Shown one piece after another: positions 8,120-17,177 of a stretch of DNA of 53,752 nucleotides. Below the pieces are notes generated by a model. The model saw nothing but the letters and a program-made list of their open reading frames with translations, was not told where the DNA came from and did no database searches. Both the position numbers and the translations under genes were made by a program. The stretch comes from Candidatus Parcubacteria bacterium (GTDB lineage Bacteria > Patescibacteriota > Minisyncoccia > JAHIHE01 > JAGLIN01), in contig JAGLXN010000008.1 of NCBI GenBank assembly GCA_023132875.1, positions 1 through 53,752 on the forward strand, given 5' to 3'. Within the stretch, counting starts at the first letter, position 1; each line of letters starts with the position of its first letter.

Positions 8120-9295
8120 TTATTCCAGCGCTTCCAATCCTGGCAATTTTTCTCCTGCCAAAAATTCAAGCATCGCGCCGCCGCCCGTACAAATATAATC
8201 CATTTTATTTAAATAACCAAGCTGGTCAAGCGCCATAATTGTATCTCCTCCTCCTATTATAGTATATCCGTCTGATTCTACAACAGCTTTTGCGATTTCC
8301 CTTGTGCCAAAAGAAAAATTTTTGTCTTCAAACATTCCCATCGGCCCGTTCCAGATTATAGTTTTAGAATCAGATATTATTTTTGAATACAAATTTGCGC
8401 TTTCCGTTCCAATGTCAAGTATTTTATTATCTCCGACTTTTCCTATTGCCTGCAAAGAAATTTTTTTGCTTTTAGAATTGTAAACAACCGCATCAACTGG
8501 AACATATAATTTATTGCTTCCAAGATTTATTTCTCTTACCTCCTTAATATCTATCCCATCCATTAAAGATTTTCCGGTATCAATCCCCTTTGCTTTTAAT
8601 ATCACATTTGCCACAACTCCTCCGACCAAAATATGATCAACTTTATTCATTAAATATTCGATTACGGGCACTTTTGTTTTTACCTTTGCTCCACCGATAA
8701 TAACGGTAACTGGCCCTTTTGAATTGTTTATCGCGTCAGATAATATTTTTACTTCTTTTCCCAAAAGTAATCCAGCGTAAGACGGCAAGAATTTTGTAAT
8801 AGCTGAAATAGAAGCGTGAGCGCGGTGCGAAACAGAAAAAGCATCGTTTACATAAATATCTGCGAGTTTAGATAGTTCTTTCGCAAATTTTTCGCCATTA
8901 TTTTTCTCTTCTTTATAAAATCTTAAATTTTCCAACAAAATAATTTCTCCTGCCCGCATTTTTTCAACAGCATCTTTTGCCTTATCCCCAACACAATCAT
9001 CAATAAATTTTATTTTACAATCCAACAGTTCTTCAAGCCGTTCTGCTACAGGTCTTAGACTATATTCTTGATTCTTAATTCTTAATTCTTGATTCCCTTC
9101 CGGTCTTCCCAAATGACTTATCAAAATAATCTTCGCTTCTTTTTCCAATAAATACTCTATCGTCGGCAACGCCGCTTTAATTCTCCAATCTTCTTTATTA
9201 TCCACAATTCCATCATCCCCAACTGGCACATTAAAATCAACCCTAATGAGAATTTTTTTATTTTTTAAATTTTTAATTTTTTTAATTAATTTCAT
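8120..9295 (-). CDS. pgk: Phosphoglycerate kinase
   Basis: IRVDFNVP, SHLGRP, LLENLRF, NDAFSVSHRAHAS, WNGPMG, GGGDT and TGGGAMLEFL motifs. Confidence 0.98.
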   Translation of the reverse strand: MKLIKKIKNLKNKKILIRVDFNVPVGDDGIVDNKEDWRIKAALPTIEYLLEKEAKIILISHLGRPEGNQELRIKNQEYSLRPVAERLEELLDCKIKFIDDCVGDKAKDAVEKMRAGEIILLENLRFYKEEKNNGEKFAKELSKLADIYVNDAFSVSHRAHASISAITKFLPSYAGLLLGKEVKILSDAINNSKGPVTVIIGGAKVKTKVPVIEYLMNKVDHILVGGVVANVILKAKGIDTGKSLMDGIDIKEVREINLGSNKLYVPVDAVVYNSKSKKISLQAIGKVGDNKILDIGTESANLYSKIISDSKTIIWNGPMGMFEDKNFSFGTREIAKAVVESDGYTIIGGGDTIMALDQLGYLNKMDYICTGGGAMLEFLAGEKLPGLEALE

Positions 9296-9304
9296 AAACC
9301 AAAA

Positions 9305-9475
9305 TTATTCTAATCCTTTTGTCATCTTAAATTTAACAGTGTAAACCATGTACAAAGTTAACAATAAAAACAAAACTCCAATCACAAGAAACATTTTACC
9401 ATAATTTTCTTTTCTTTTATAAATTCCTATCAAGGTAAGTAAAAGACCTATAACAGGAATAATAGCAAAACCCAT
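9305..9475 (-). CDS. Small two-helix membrane protein, 56 aa (not in ORF track)
   Basis: Translated by hand: MGFAIIPVIGLLLTLIGIYKRKENYGKMFLVIGVLFLLLTLYMVYTVKFKMTKGLE; fills the gap between co-oriented genes. Confidence 0.65.
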   Translation of the reverse strand: MGFAIIPVIGLLLTLIGIYKRKENYGKMFLVIGVLFLLLTLYMVYTVKFKMTKGLE

Positions 9476-9520
9476 ATTTATCTTCTTTATAAAATTAATT
9501 AAGCTAAGATTAAAATTGAT

Positions 9521-9952
9521 TTAAGTTGAAATTACCTCAAACTCAATCTTATCTCCGTTATCATCCTTTAACTCCCCCCAAACAAAAACCACTTTCACTT
9601 CCGGATATTTTTCCAGAATTACTTCTTTAACTTTTTTCATATCCTCAAACTGCTTTTCTTTTTCTTCTTCTAAAGAACTAAATTTATAATCCAACGCGTA
9701 AGCGCCGCAGTCGCTGTGGTGGAAAAGAATAATTTTCTTCGCTTGATGAATGTCAACAGAAATACCAATCTGCTTCATTAAATTATTTTTTACTTCTTCG
9801 CTTCCGTCAACCAATTCCTTGCCAGCCCCGGCAATTGAAATAACATCAAATCCGCCCTCAAATAAATCCGATTCGGCAATCCATTTTTTAGTTTTTTTAT
9901 AAAGCCGAAAATCCATACAGCGAATTAAAAGATTTTTGCATGTGTGTGGCAT
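9521..9952 (-). CDS. Putative beta-class carbonic anhydrase
   Basis: Zn-ligand pattern CMDFR ... HHSDCGAY (CxDxR, HxxC). Confidence 0.8.
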   Translation of the reverse strand: MPHTCKNLLIRCMDFRLYKKTKKWIAESDLFEGGFDVISIAGAGKELVDGSEEVKNNLMKQIGISVDIHQAKKIILFHHSDCGAYALDYKFSSLEEEKEKQFEDMKKVKEVILEKYPEVKVVFVWGELKDDNGDKIEFEVIST

Positions 9953-10000
9953 AAATATAAGTTAAAAGTTAAAAAGTTTATAAAGTTGAAAGTTGTAAAT

Positions 10001-10441
10001 CTAATTCAGATAAACTTCTTTTCTGAATGTTTCAAATGTTTCAGATCCTACTTTATGTAGTTCTAATATATATCTATCATTTTTTAAAGGCGCTATTTCT
10101 CCTTTTATATTATAACATTTAATACTCCAACGACAGATTTCTCCTTGCAATAAAAGCTTTATTAGATTTCTATCTTTTTCCATTTGAAGTTTATTATTAT
10201 CACAGTTTGTAGCCACATAATCAATATCAAAAGATATTTTATTATTATATGCTTCCACTATTTCATTTTTTGGTTCAGACTCTTCGCAAACAGAGATAGT
10301 ATAAGTTAAGTTTGGCGTCCCCATTTCTTCTTGCTGATTGTTCAATTTTTGGCTATTTAGAAAAATCCACCAAGCTCCAACTAAGACAACGCAAAGCGCA
10401 ACTAAACAAATCAACCCGATTTTTAATTTTTTATCCATCAT
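10001..10441 (-). CDS. Hypothetical membrane-anchored or secreted protein
   Basis: N-terminal hydrophobic helix and a Cys-containing soluble domain. Confidence 0.7.
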   Translation of the reverse strand: MMDKKLKIGLICLVALCVVLVGAWWIFLNSQKLNNQQEEMGTPNLTYTISVCEESEPKNEIVEAYNNKISFDIDYVATNCDNNKLQMEKDRNLIKLLLQGEICRWSIKCYNIKGEIAPLKNDRYILELHKVGSETFETFRKEVYLN

Positions 10442-10499
10442 AATTTAATATCTTCTTTCTTTATTAAATATATTATGTTTTATAAAATATCTTATCTGC

Positions 10500-11084
10500 T
10501 TAATACTCCTCGCACTCAACCTCAAAATAACTCTGCGGATGATTGCAAGACGGGCATTTCTCTGGCGCTTCGTTAGCCTCAGAAACATAACCGCATTTTC
10601 GGCAAACCCAATAAACTTTCTTCTCTTTTTTAAATACTGTATTTTCTTCAACTTCTTTCAGTAATTTTCTAAATCTTTCCTCGTGATGTTTTTCCGCAAT
10701 CGCAATCGCTCTTATTTGCGCGGCGATTTTCGTAAACCCTTCTTCTTCCGCCATATCGGCAAACTCCGGATACATTTTCGTTTGCTCAAAATTTTCTCCG
10801 GCAATTGCCGCTTTCAAATTTTCCGCCGTATCGCCCAGCGTTGTCGGCACATCCGCTTCTATTTTTATTTCATCTAAATTTTCATCGCTCTTCTTTTTTA
10901 ATTCATTAATTAAACGAAAAAGCCACTTAGCATGCTCTCTCTCATTTTCCGCAGTAAGCAGAAAAATTTCCGAAATTTGCTCAAACCCTTCTTTCTGGGC
11001 AATTTTAGCGTAGAATGTATACCTATTCCTTACCTGACTCTCGCCAACAAAAGCTTTGGTGAGGTTTTGGATTGTGTTTTTCAT
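10500..11084 (-). CDS. rbr: Rubrerythrin
   Basis: AFVGES..RNRY, ENEREH and EKHHEER diiron motifs plus a C-terminal CRKCG/CPSC rubredoxin domain. Confidence 0.95.
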   Translation of the reverse strand: MKNTIQNLTKAFVGESQVRNRYTFYAKIAQKEGFEQISEIFLLTAENEREHAKWLFRLINELKKKSDENLDEIKIEADVPTTLGDTAENLKAAIAGENFEQTKMYPEFADMAEEEGFTKIAAQIRAIAIAEKHHEERFRKLLKEVEENTVFKKEKKVYWVCRKCGYVSEANEAPEKCPSCNHPQSYFEVECEEY

Positions 11085-11110
11085 GGTTTTTTTGCTAATT
11101 ATTTAATGGC

Positions 11111-11206
11111 ACACTGATAACACTGACTAAAGGCACAGATGAACACTGATTATTTTTAATTTCCTATCTGTGTTAGTCTGCGCCTTTAGTCTGTGTTCTT
11201 CTGTGT
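11111..11206. repeat. Inverted-repeat element built from about 9-bp ACAC(T/A)GA subunits
   Basis: Left arm ACACTGATAACACTGACTAAAGGCACAGAT is mirrored by ATCTGTGTTAGTCTGCGCCTTTAGTCTGTGT. Confidence 0.7.
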
Positions 11207-11210
11207 CGAA

Positions 11211-12212
11211 TTATTTCCCTCCCACAAACTCCGCCATTTCCACTAATCGGCAAGTATAACCATATTCATTATCGTACCAAGCGCAAATTTTGACCAGATT
11301 TTCATTGACCATTGTTAATGGCAAATCAACAATAGAGGAGAATCTATTGCCTTTGAAATCCATTGAAACCAATTCCTCTTCCGAGACCGCCAAAACATTT
11401 TTGAGATTATTTTCTGCCGCTTCCTTGAATAAATTATTTACTTCATTTGCGTTTGTAGATTTTTTCAAAGTAGCCACAAAGTCAACAATAGAAACAATTG
11501 GAGTTGGTATTCTCATTGCTATCCCATTTAACTTTCCTTCTAATTCGGGAAGAGTTTTGATAACCGCTTTCGCTGCTCCTGTAGTTGTTGGAATAATCGA
11601 CATTGCCGCCGCTCGCGCTCGGCGTAAATCGCCTTCGTAAGGCAGATCTAAAATTTTCTGGTCATTAGTGTAGCTATGCACTGTGGTCATAAATCCCCTT
11701 TCAATCCCCAAATTGTCATTTAATACTTTTACCACTGGCGCCAAACAATTTGTCGTGCAGGAAGCGTTGGAGATTATATTGTCTTTTTCTGGATTATATT
11801 TTTCTTCGTTGACGCCTAACACAAAAGTGTTAATCTCTTCGCTTTTCGCTGGAGCGGAGATGATCACTTTCTTTGCTCCCGCCTTCAAATGTTTTCCCGC
11901 GCCTTCACTATCCCTAAAAAATCCCGTGCATTCTAAAACTACATCCACCTCCAAATCTTTCCATGGCAAAAGCTCTGGATCTTTCTGCGCGAATACTTTA
12001 ATCTTTTTTCCGTCTATTATAATATGCTCTTCGTCATAACTCACATCTTTTTCATAAATCCCATAATTGGAATCGTACTTCAGAAGATGCGCCAAAGTTT
12101 TTGTGTCAGTTAAATCATTAACTGCAACAACTTCCAAATTAGAATTCTCCAACGCGATTTTCAACGCTGGCCGCCCAATCCGACCAAAACCATTAATTGC
12201 AATTTTTGTCAT
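11211..12212 (-). CDS. gap: Type I glyceraldehyde-3-phosphate dehydrogenase
   Basis: INGFGRIGR, NASCTTNCLAP, IIPTTTGAAKA and WYDNEYGY motifs. Confidence 0.98.
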   Translation of the reverse strand: MTKIAINGFGRIGRPALKIALENSNLEVVAVNDLTDTKTLAHLLKYDSNYGIYEKDVSYDEEHIIIDGKKIKVFAQKDPELLPWKDLEVDVVLECTGFFRDSEGAGKHLKAGAKKVIISAPAKSEEINTFVLGVNEEKYNPEKDNIISNASCTTNCLAPVVKVLNDNLGIERGFMTTVHSYTNDQKILDLPYEGDLRRARAAAMSIIPTTTGAAKAVIKTLPELEGKLNGIAMRIPTPIVSIVDFVATLKKSTNANEVNNLFKEAAENNLKNVLAVSEEELVSMDFKGNRFSSIVDLPLTMVNENLVKICAWYDNEYGYTCRLVEMAEFVGGK

Positions 12213-12232
12213 AGTTTTTTGTTAATTAATAA

Positions 12233-12442
12233 TTATTGTTTTATCTGCCTCCCAAAATCAGTTAAATTCCACAGCCTCTCATGAATATAATAAAATATTG
12301 TTTTCAAGGCATTTGCGACCAAGCCAGAGCCAAGAGCAATAGACCAATTGTCGGTCCAAAGATAAATCACAATCACCGTAGTCAAAGTCGCGATCATCCT
12401 CCAGGTAATTGTTTTAACTATTGTTCTCTTGTGTGTATCCAT
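12233..12442 (-). CDS. DUF2061-like small membrane protein
   Basis: RTIVKTITWRMIA ... KTIFYYIHERLW family pattern. Confidence 0.8.
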   Translation of the reverse strand: MDTHKRTIVKTITWRMIATLTTVIVIYLWTDNWSIALGSGLVANALKTIFYYIHERLWNLTDFGRQIKQ

Positions 12443-12977
12443 AATTTTTTATTTTAATTTTATTCCAAACCCCCCAAGCAATTACTCCCCCAATCACCGC
12501 TGTATAAAATTGCGGCCAGCTCATCATTTGGGCGATTTTTATTGCCAGCTCCTGCTTGATTAAAAGCCCGCTGATCATATTGACGCTTAAAAACAAAAAT
12601 AAGAATTTCAAAGCGGCTCCGACTATTATGCCTATCCAATATCCTTTTGTTTTATCTTTAAAATTATTATAGAACCAATCCACGCATAGAATTAAGATCA
12701 TATTGCCGATCATAATAAAAGGAACGACTGGCGCTAGAATTGCCGGAAGAAGTCCGCCAGATAGAGCCATTAAACTTGGAACTACCGCAATAGCAATCGC
12801 ATTACGAAATCCGAATTTAAGCAAAGTTAAAATTAAAATTGCATTAACGATTGGTCCCGTTATCCATTGGATATGGATCAAATATGGCAAAAATATTGCC
12901 ATACTCGCCAATCCCGCGAACTGCGTGATAGAACTGATATTAATTTGTTCAAATGTTTTTTCTTTTAGATATTGCAT
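12414..12977 (-). CDS. ECF transporter S-component-like membrane protein
   Basis: About six hydrophobic helices; QWITGPIVNAIL, PFIMIGN, KFLFL and SWPQFYTA fit the S-component pattern. Confidence 0.65.
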   Translation of the reverse strand: MQYLKEKTFEQINISSITQFAGLASMAIFLPYLIHIQWITGPIVNAILILTLLKFGFRNAIAIAVVPSLMALSGGLLPAILAPVVPFIMIGNMILILCVDWFYNNFKDKTKGYWIGIIVGAALKFLFLFLSVNMISGLLIKQELAIKIAQMMSWPQFYTAVIGGVIAWGVWNKIKIKNYGYTQENNS

Positions 12978-13008
12978 AGTTGTAAATTAAAAATAAAAAG
13001 TTATAATC

Positions 13009-13148
13009 TGTCATTGCGAAGAGACTGAATGAACGCAGTGAATGAAATGGCGACGAAGCAATCCCGTGATTAAATTCTTCGTGCATAGTTGCGGGATTGC
13101 TTTGTCGTTCCACTACGCTATCGCTCCATTCCATTTCTCGCAATGACA
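13009..13148. repeat. TGTCATTGCGA...TCGCAATGACA palindromic (REP/MITE-like) element
   Basis: Terminal inverted repeats with an internal GCAATCCCG/CGGGATTGC stem; second copy at 37890-38010. Confidence 0.9.
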
Positions 13149-13156
13149 TTCACAAG

Positions 13157-14926
13157 TTACTTCCTTTCTTTATATTCCGTATGCAAAACGCTATACTCTA
13201 ACTTCCCCTGTTTCTTCAGCCATTCCAAAACTTCTAAAACTCCTTTATTTCGATGCGCTTCTCTTATTTTTTTATTCTTGTCAATTTTATACAGCGCTGC
13301 TATTCTTTTCTTTCTTATTTCATCTGTTGTTGGAATTGGCTGGCCGCCGCCGCCAATGCACCCTCCGGGACACGCCATTACTTCAATATAATCGTAGCTA
13401 TTTAATTTTTCCAGCACTTGCTCAATATTGCCGATACCGTTGACAACAGCAACGCGCAATTTAGCACCAGATACAGAGACGGCTGTTTCTTTCACGTTAT
13501 CAAGTCCGCGGACAGATTTAAAGTCCAGATTTAATTTGCATATTTTATTTTCCTTTTTCTTATCGCCAGCGCAAGCAAAAAACCGCGCGCTTCGCAAAGC
13601 TGATTCCATTACTCCCCCGCTTCCGCCATAAATAGCTGCCGCGCCGCTATATTCTCCCAGTGGATGATCCGCTTGTTCTCCTTTTATTTTAGCGAAATTA
13701 ACACACCCTCTTTTTATCATCCACGCAAATTCTCTAGTGGTTAAAACATAATCAACGGGGAACATTCCTTTTATTTTCATTTCTTTTCTTGAGGACTCAA
13801 ATTTTTTGGCTGTGCAAGGCATAATAGAAACAACTACTATATTTTTTGGATCTACATTCATTTTCTCCGCCCAATATGTTTTGATAATTCCGCCCAAATG
13901 AATATGCGGTGATCTAGCAGTTGTTAAATTCGGAATTAATTCCGGATGGTAAAATTCAACATATTTCACCCAAGCGGGACAGCAAGAAGTTATCATCGGA
14001 AGTTTTGACTTTGCGCTTTTTTTGTCGGAATTATTCAATCTTCCTAATAATTCTTTCGCCTCAACCACTGTCGTCACATCAGCGCCGAAGTTAACATCAA
14101 AAATATGATCAAAACCGAGTTTTCTTAATCCCGCAACAACTTGGCCAGTCGCGATTTTACCGTAGGGCAGGCCGAATTCTTCTCCAATGCTGACCCTAAT
14201 TGAGGGAGCAAACTGCGCGATGACAATTTTACTTTTGTCATATAAAACCTTTTCAACTTCTTCCCAATGACTTTGCTCTTGCGCTGCACCAACAGGACAA
14301 TGAACAGCACACTGCCCGCAATAAATACAGTCAACCTTGCCATCCCCTCTGACAAGGGGGGATAGAGAAGAATTATTTTTTTTATTTTCCACAATTTCTT
14401 GATCAACTCCTTTTCCTTTTAATTTCAAATAATTTATATTCTGTAAAACAGAACAAGCATCAAGACAATTACGGCAGTCAATGCATTGAGATCCGTCAAT
14501 TTCAACAGCATTGGCAAATTTATATGTTTTTCTTTCACTTTTTCTATCTTTAAACCGCTTGATTTTAATATCATATTTTTCGGCCAATTTTAATAATCCG
14601 CAATTGACATTCCAAATGCAATCGGGACATTTTTCAATATGTTCGGCAAATATTAATTCAATATTCAAATTGCGGACTTTTTTCACCCGTTCTGTATTTG
14701 TATAAATTTCCATCCCGCCTTGAACTTTAGTTGAACAAGATGTCATCAACTTTTTCATTCCCTTAATTTCCACTACGCAAATCCGGCAATTCGCTTTCGG
14801 CGAAAAATCAGGATGATTACAAAGTCCCGGGATTTCTATTCCATTTCCTTTCGCCGCTTCCATAATTGTTTTATCTGAAGAGCAAGTTATTGCCCTATCG
14901 TCAATTTTAATCTTTACTTTCTTCAC
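13157..14926 (-). CDS. hydA: [FeFe]-hydrogenase group A catalytic subunit
   Basis: H-cluster motifs TSCCPAW, MPCTAKKFE and EVMACPGGCIGGGGQP; N-terminal 2Fe-2S domain, HxxxCxxCxxxxxC cluster and two CxxCxxCxxxC ferredoxin motifs. Confidence 0.96.
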   Translation of the reverse strand: MKKVKIKIDDRAITCSSDKTIMEAAKGNGIEIPGLCNHPDFSPKANCRICVVEIKGMKKLMTSCSTKVQGGMEIYTNTERVKKVRNLNIELIFAEHIEKCPDCIWNVNCGLLKLAEKYDIKIKRFKDRKSERKTYKFANAVEIDGSQCIDCRNCLDACSVLQNINYLKLKGKGVDQEIVENKKNNSSLSPLVRGDGKVDCIYCGQCAVHCPVGAAQEQSHWEEVEKVLYDKSKIVIAQFAPSIRVSIGEEFGLPYGKIATGQVVAGLRKLGFDHIFDVNFGADVTTVVEAKELLGRLNNSDKKSAKSKLPMITSCCPAWVKYVEFYHPELIPNLTTARSPHIHLGGIIKTYWAEKMNVDPKNIVVVSIMPCTAKKFESSRKEMKIKGMFPVDYVLTTREFAWMIKRGCVNFAKIKGEQADHPLGEYSGAAAIYGGSGGVMESALRSARFFACAGDKKKENKICKLNLDFKSVRGLDNVKETAVSVSGAKLRVAVVNGIGNIEQVLEKLNSYDYIEVMACPGGCIGGGGQPIPTTDEIRKKRIAALYKIDKNKKIREAHRNKGVLEVLEWLKKQGKLEYSVLHTEYKERK

Positions 14927-14962
14927 CTATTGTAGATTATAAAATTATTAATTTTAGTTTAC

Positions 14963-15030
14963 TTCGTGTGAATATTAGTTTATTTAGTGTTTATTATAGA
15001 AGCCACTAATAAAACCAATATTCGCACTAA
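14963..15030. repeat. TTCGTG..TATTAGT repeat element
   Basis: About 30 bp nearly identical to the start of 19712-19788. Confidence 0.7.
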
Positions 15031-15041
15031 AAAAACTAAGA

Positions 15042-16046
15042 TTAGAATTTCAATATATTCTTCCGATATGATCTAATTGGCACCGGCACGACGCTTCCTA
15101 ACCCGCAAAAAGACGCTTCGTCCAAATTATTCAACAATTCTTCCAGTAATTTCCAATTTATATCAGAAGAATTTATTATTTCATTTAAACGATAAACCCC
15201 TTCTCGGCACGGCGTGCATTGCCCGCAAGACTCATTAACAAAAAAACTAATCCATTTTCTTAATATTTCTTTCGGTTTATATTTTTTGGAATTATAAATG
15301 GTGATTGATCCTGCGCTACTAGCGGGTCTGTCTAATTGCTTGCTATTCAGCACTTCTCCACTGGCATCTCCGCCAACCTGAACGAAAAAATCAAATTTAG
15401 GATAATTATTTGTTTTTTTTAATATTTTTTCTATCGTTAAATTATCAGACAATTCATAAACACCGACAGATATACAATCTCCGCTAACAGTATAAAATCT
15501 GTTCTTTTGATATTCATTGCTAGCAGCTAAACTAACATTATAAAATGTTTCTACATTGTTTACTAAAGTCGGGCAATTCCATAAACCGTTAGTTGTTGGA
15601 AATGGAGGGCGTAATCGCGGTTCAACTCTTTTTCCTTCTATCGCGTTTAAAATTGACGTTTCCTCGCCGCCAATATATCCAGAACCATCTGGCTTGATGA
15701 AAAGTTCTATTTTATATTTTTTGTCGTTAGCTATAATTTTATTTAATTTCTTACCGAAATTTTTGTAATATTCGTGATTGATAAAAATGTATCCTTTTAT
15801 ACCACATTTATTTCTAGCAGACAAAAAATCTATCGCAATCTTTATCCCGTCTATCGCCCTCTCTCCAAAATTTTCCAAAATATATCCGTCTTTTTTAACG
15901 CCAGGCTCTCCTTCGGAAGCATTACAAACCACATATTTTTGATTTCCTGCCGCTTTTTTTACCATCTCCCATTTCATCGCGGTAGGAAAACACCCGCCAC
16001 CCCGTCCGACAAGATTCGCTTTTTTTATTTTGTTTATTATGTTCAT
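15042..16046 (-). CDS. Minimal NuoF/HydB-like NADH-binding flavoprotein subunit
   Basis: LVGRGGGCFPT, VCNASEGEPG, GYIGGEETS, NNVET and ESCGQCTPCREG..FCGLG; only 334 aa. Confidence 0.9.
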   Translation of the reverse strand: MNIINKIKKANLVGRGGGCFPTAMKWEMVKKAAGNQKYVVCNASEGEPGVKKDGYILENFGERAIDGIKIAIDFLSARNKCGIKGYIFINHEYYKNFGKKLNKIIANDKKYKIELFIKPDGSGYIGGEETSILNAIEGKRVEPRLRPPFPTTNGLWNCPTLVNNVETFYNVSLAASNEYQKNRFYTVSGDCISVGVYELSDNLTIEKILKKTNNYPKFDFFVQVGGDASGEVLNSKQLDRPASSAGSITIYNSKKYKPKEILRKWISFFVNESCGQCTPCREGVYRLNEIINSSDINWKLLEELLNNLDEASFCGLGSVVPVPIRSYRKNILKF

Positions 16047-16226
16047 AATATTTAAAATAAATTCTATCTGTTTTACCAGAATATTTTATAAAAATGTAAG
16101 TAGAGCATGAATAACAATTGCCAAACTGTTAAATTGCCATCCTACTTATTTTGGCAATTTGGCAATTTGACAATATTTTTTCTAAAAATCTCCGATAAAA
16201 TAAAAGTTTAAAACAATTTTTTGCAA

Positions 16227-17084
16227 TTATTTCCCACATCTAAATAACTCTATCTTCTCTTCAACCTTTTTTTGAACTGAATCACGCGCTATAGACAAAA
16301 CCTTTCTCGGATCAGTTACCATCTGTCCGCTAACACAAAAATCGCTTATCGCCGACATAAAAGCAACTCTGATTTCCGTATCAATATTTACATTGACTAT
16401 TCCATAATTAGATATAGCTTTTTTTATGTCTTCTGACGGCGTTCCGGACCCGCCATGAAGAATAAAAGGTGTTGAAACTTTTTCTCTTAATTTTTTGAAT
16501 AAATCTAAATCTAAATTAGGATTCCCCTCTGGTTTATACATCCCATGTATATTTCCTGCGATTACTGCAACAGTGTCAACTTTGGTTTTTTTAATAAATT
16601 CTTCTAGTTCGTCTGGATCAGTTTTTTCCATTTGTTTAAGAGTTGTTCCTATTTCCGTACTATTTTTCATTCTCGGAATTTTTCCAAGCTCAGCTTGAAC
16701 AATAACTCCCTTTTTATGCGCGTAATCAACAATATTTTTTGTAATTTCTATATTTTTTTCCAACTCATACATAGAAGCATCTATCATAATAGATTTGAAT
16801 CCCTCATCTACGCATTTTTTGATAAATTTTGGATCTTTTCCGTGATCAAGATGTAAAACTAGATCCGCTTTTGACTCTGCTATAATTCCTTTTACTAAAT
16901 TCATCAATGGTAAAAACCCGGCGTACTCCGCAGCTGTTTCTGTTACACCGATCATCGCGGGCATATTCTTTGCCTCTGCTGCTCTCGCAATCCCTTGCGC
17001 CACTTCTAAATTGGAAGTGTCAAAAGTTCCAAAAGCATATTTTCCTTTTTGCGCTTCTTTAATTATTTCTTTAATTAGTGACAT
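16227..17084 (-). CDS. fba: Class II fructose-bisphosphate aldolase
   Basis: LHLDHG, SIMIDAS, VQAELG, GNIHG, LHGGSG and NVNIDT motifs. Start at MSLIK (17084) is preferred over the track start at 17138. Confidence 0.93.
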   Translation of the reverse strand: MSLIKEIIKEAQKGKYAFGTFDTSNLEVAQGIARAAEAKNMPAMIGVTETAAEYAGFLPLMNLVKGIIAESKADLVLHLDHGKDPKFIKKCVDEGFKSIMIDASMYELEKNIEITKNIVDYAHKKGVIVQAELGKIPRMKNSTEIGTTLKQMEKTDPDELEEFIKKTKVDTVAVIAGNIHGMYKPEGNPNLDLDLFKKLREKVSTPFILHGGSGTPSEDIKKAISNYGIVNVNIDTEIRVAFMSAISDFCVSGQMVTDPRKVLSIARDSVQKKVEEKIELFRCGK

Positions 17085-17132
17085 GGATTTTATTGTTAAA
17101 TTGTTAAATTGTTGTACTGCTATATTAAAATT

Positions 17133-17160
17133 TGTCATTCTGAAGCAAGTTCAGAATGAC
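17133..17160. repeat. Solo GTCATTCTGAA..TTCAGAATGAC hairpin
   Basis: Perfect inverted repeat of the same family as 32325, 33987 and 52569. Confidence 0.8.
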
Positions 17161-17177
17161 GGAAAAAAATTATTTTT

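Noticed and set aside
8009-8212. 67-aa plus-strand ORF
   Set aside because: Runs through the CCCCTGATAAGGGG repeat and antisense to the pgk 3' end.
10445-10651. 68-aa ORF overlapping rubrerythrin
   Set aside because: Alternative frame within rbr; no independent signal.
12949-13149. 66-aa ORF MSLREMEWSD...
   Set aside because: It is a reading frame through the GTCATTGCGA palindromic element.
15042-16046. Respiratory complex I nuoF or a pseudogene
   Set aside because: No other nuo genes are present, it is directly upstream of hydA, and the ORF is intact with FMN and FeS motifs.
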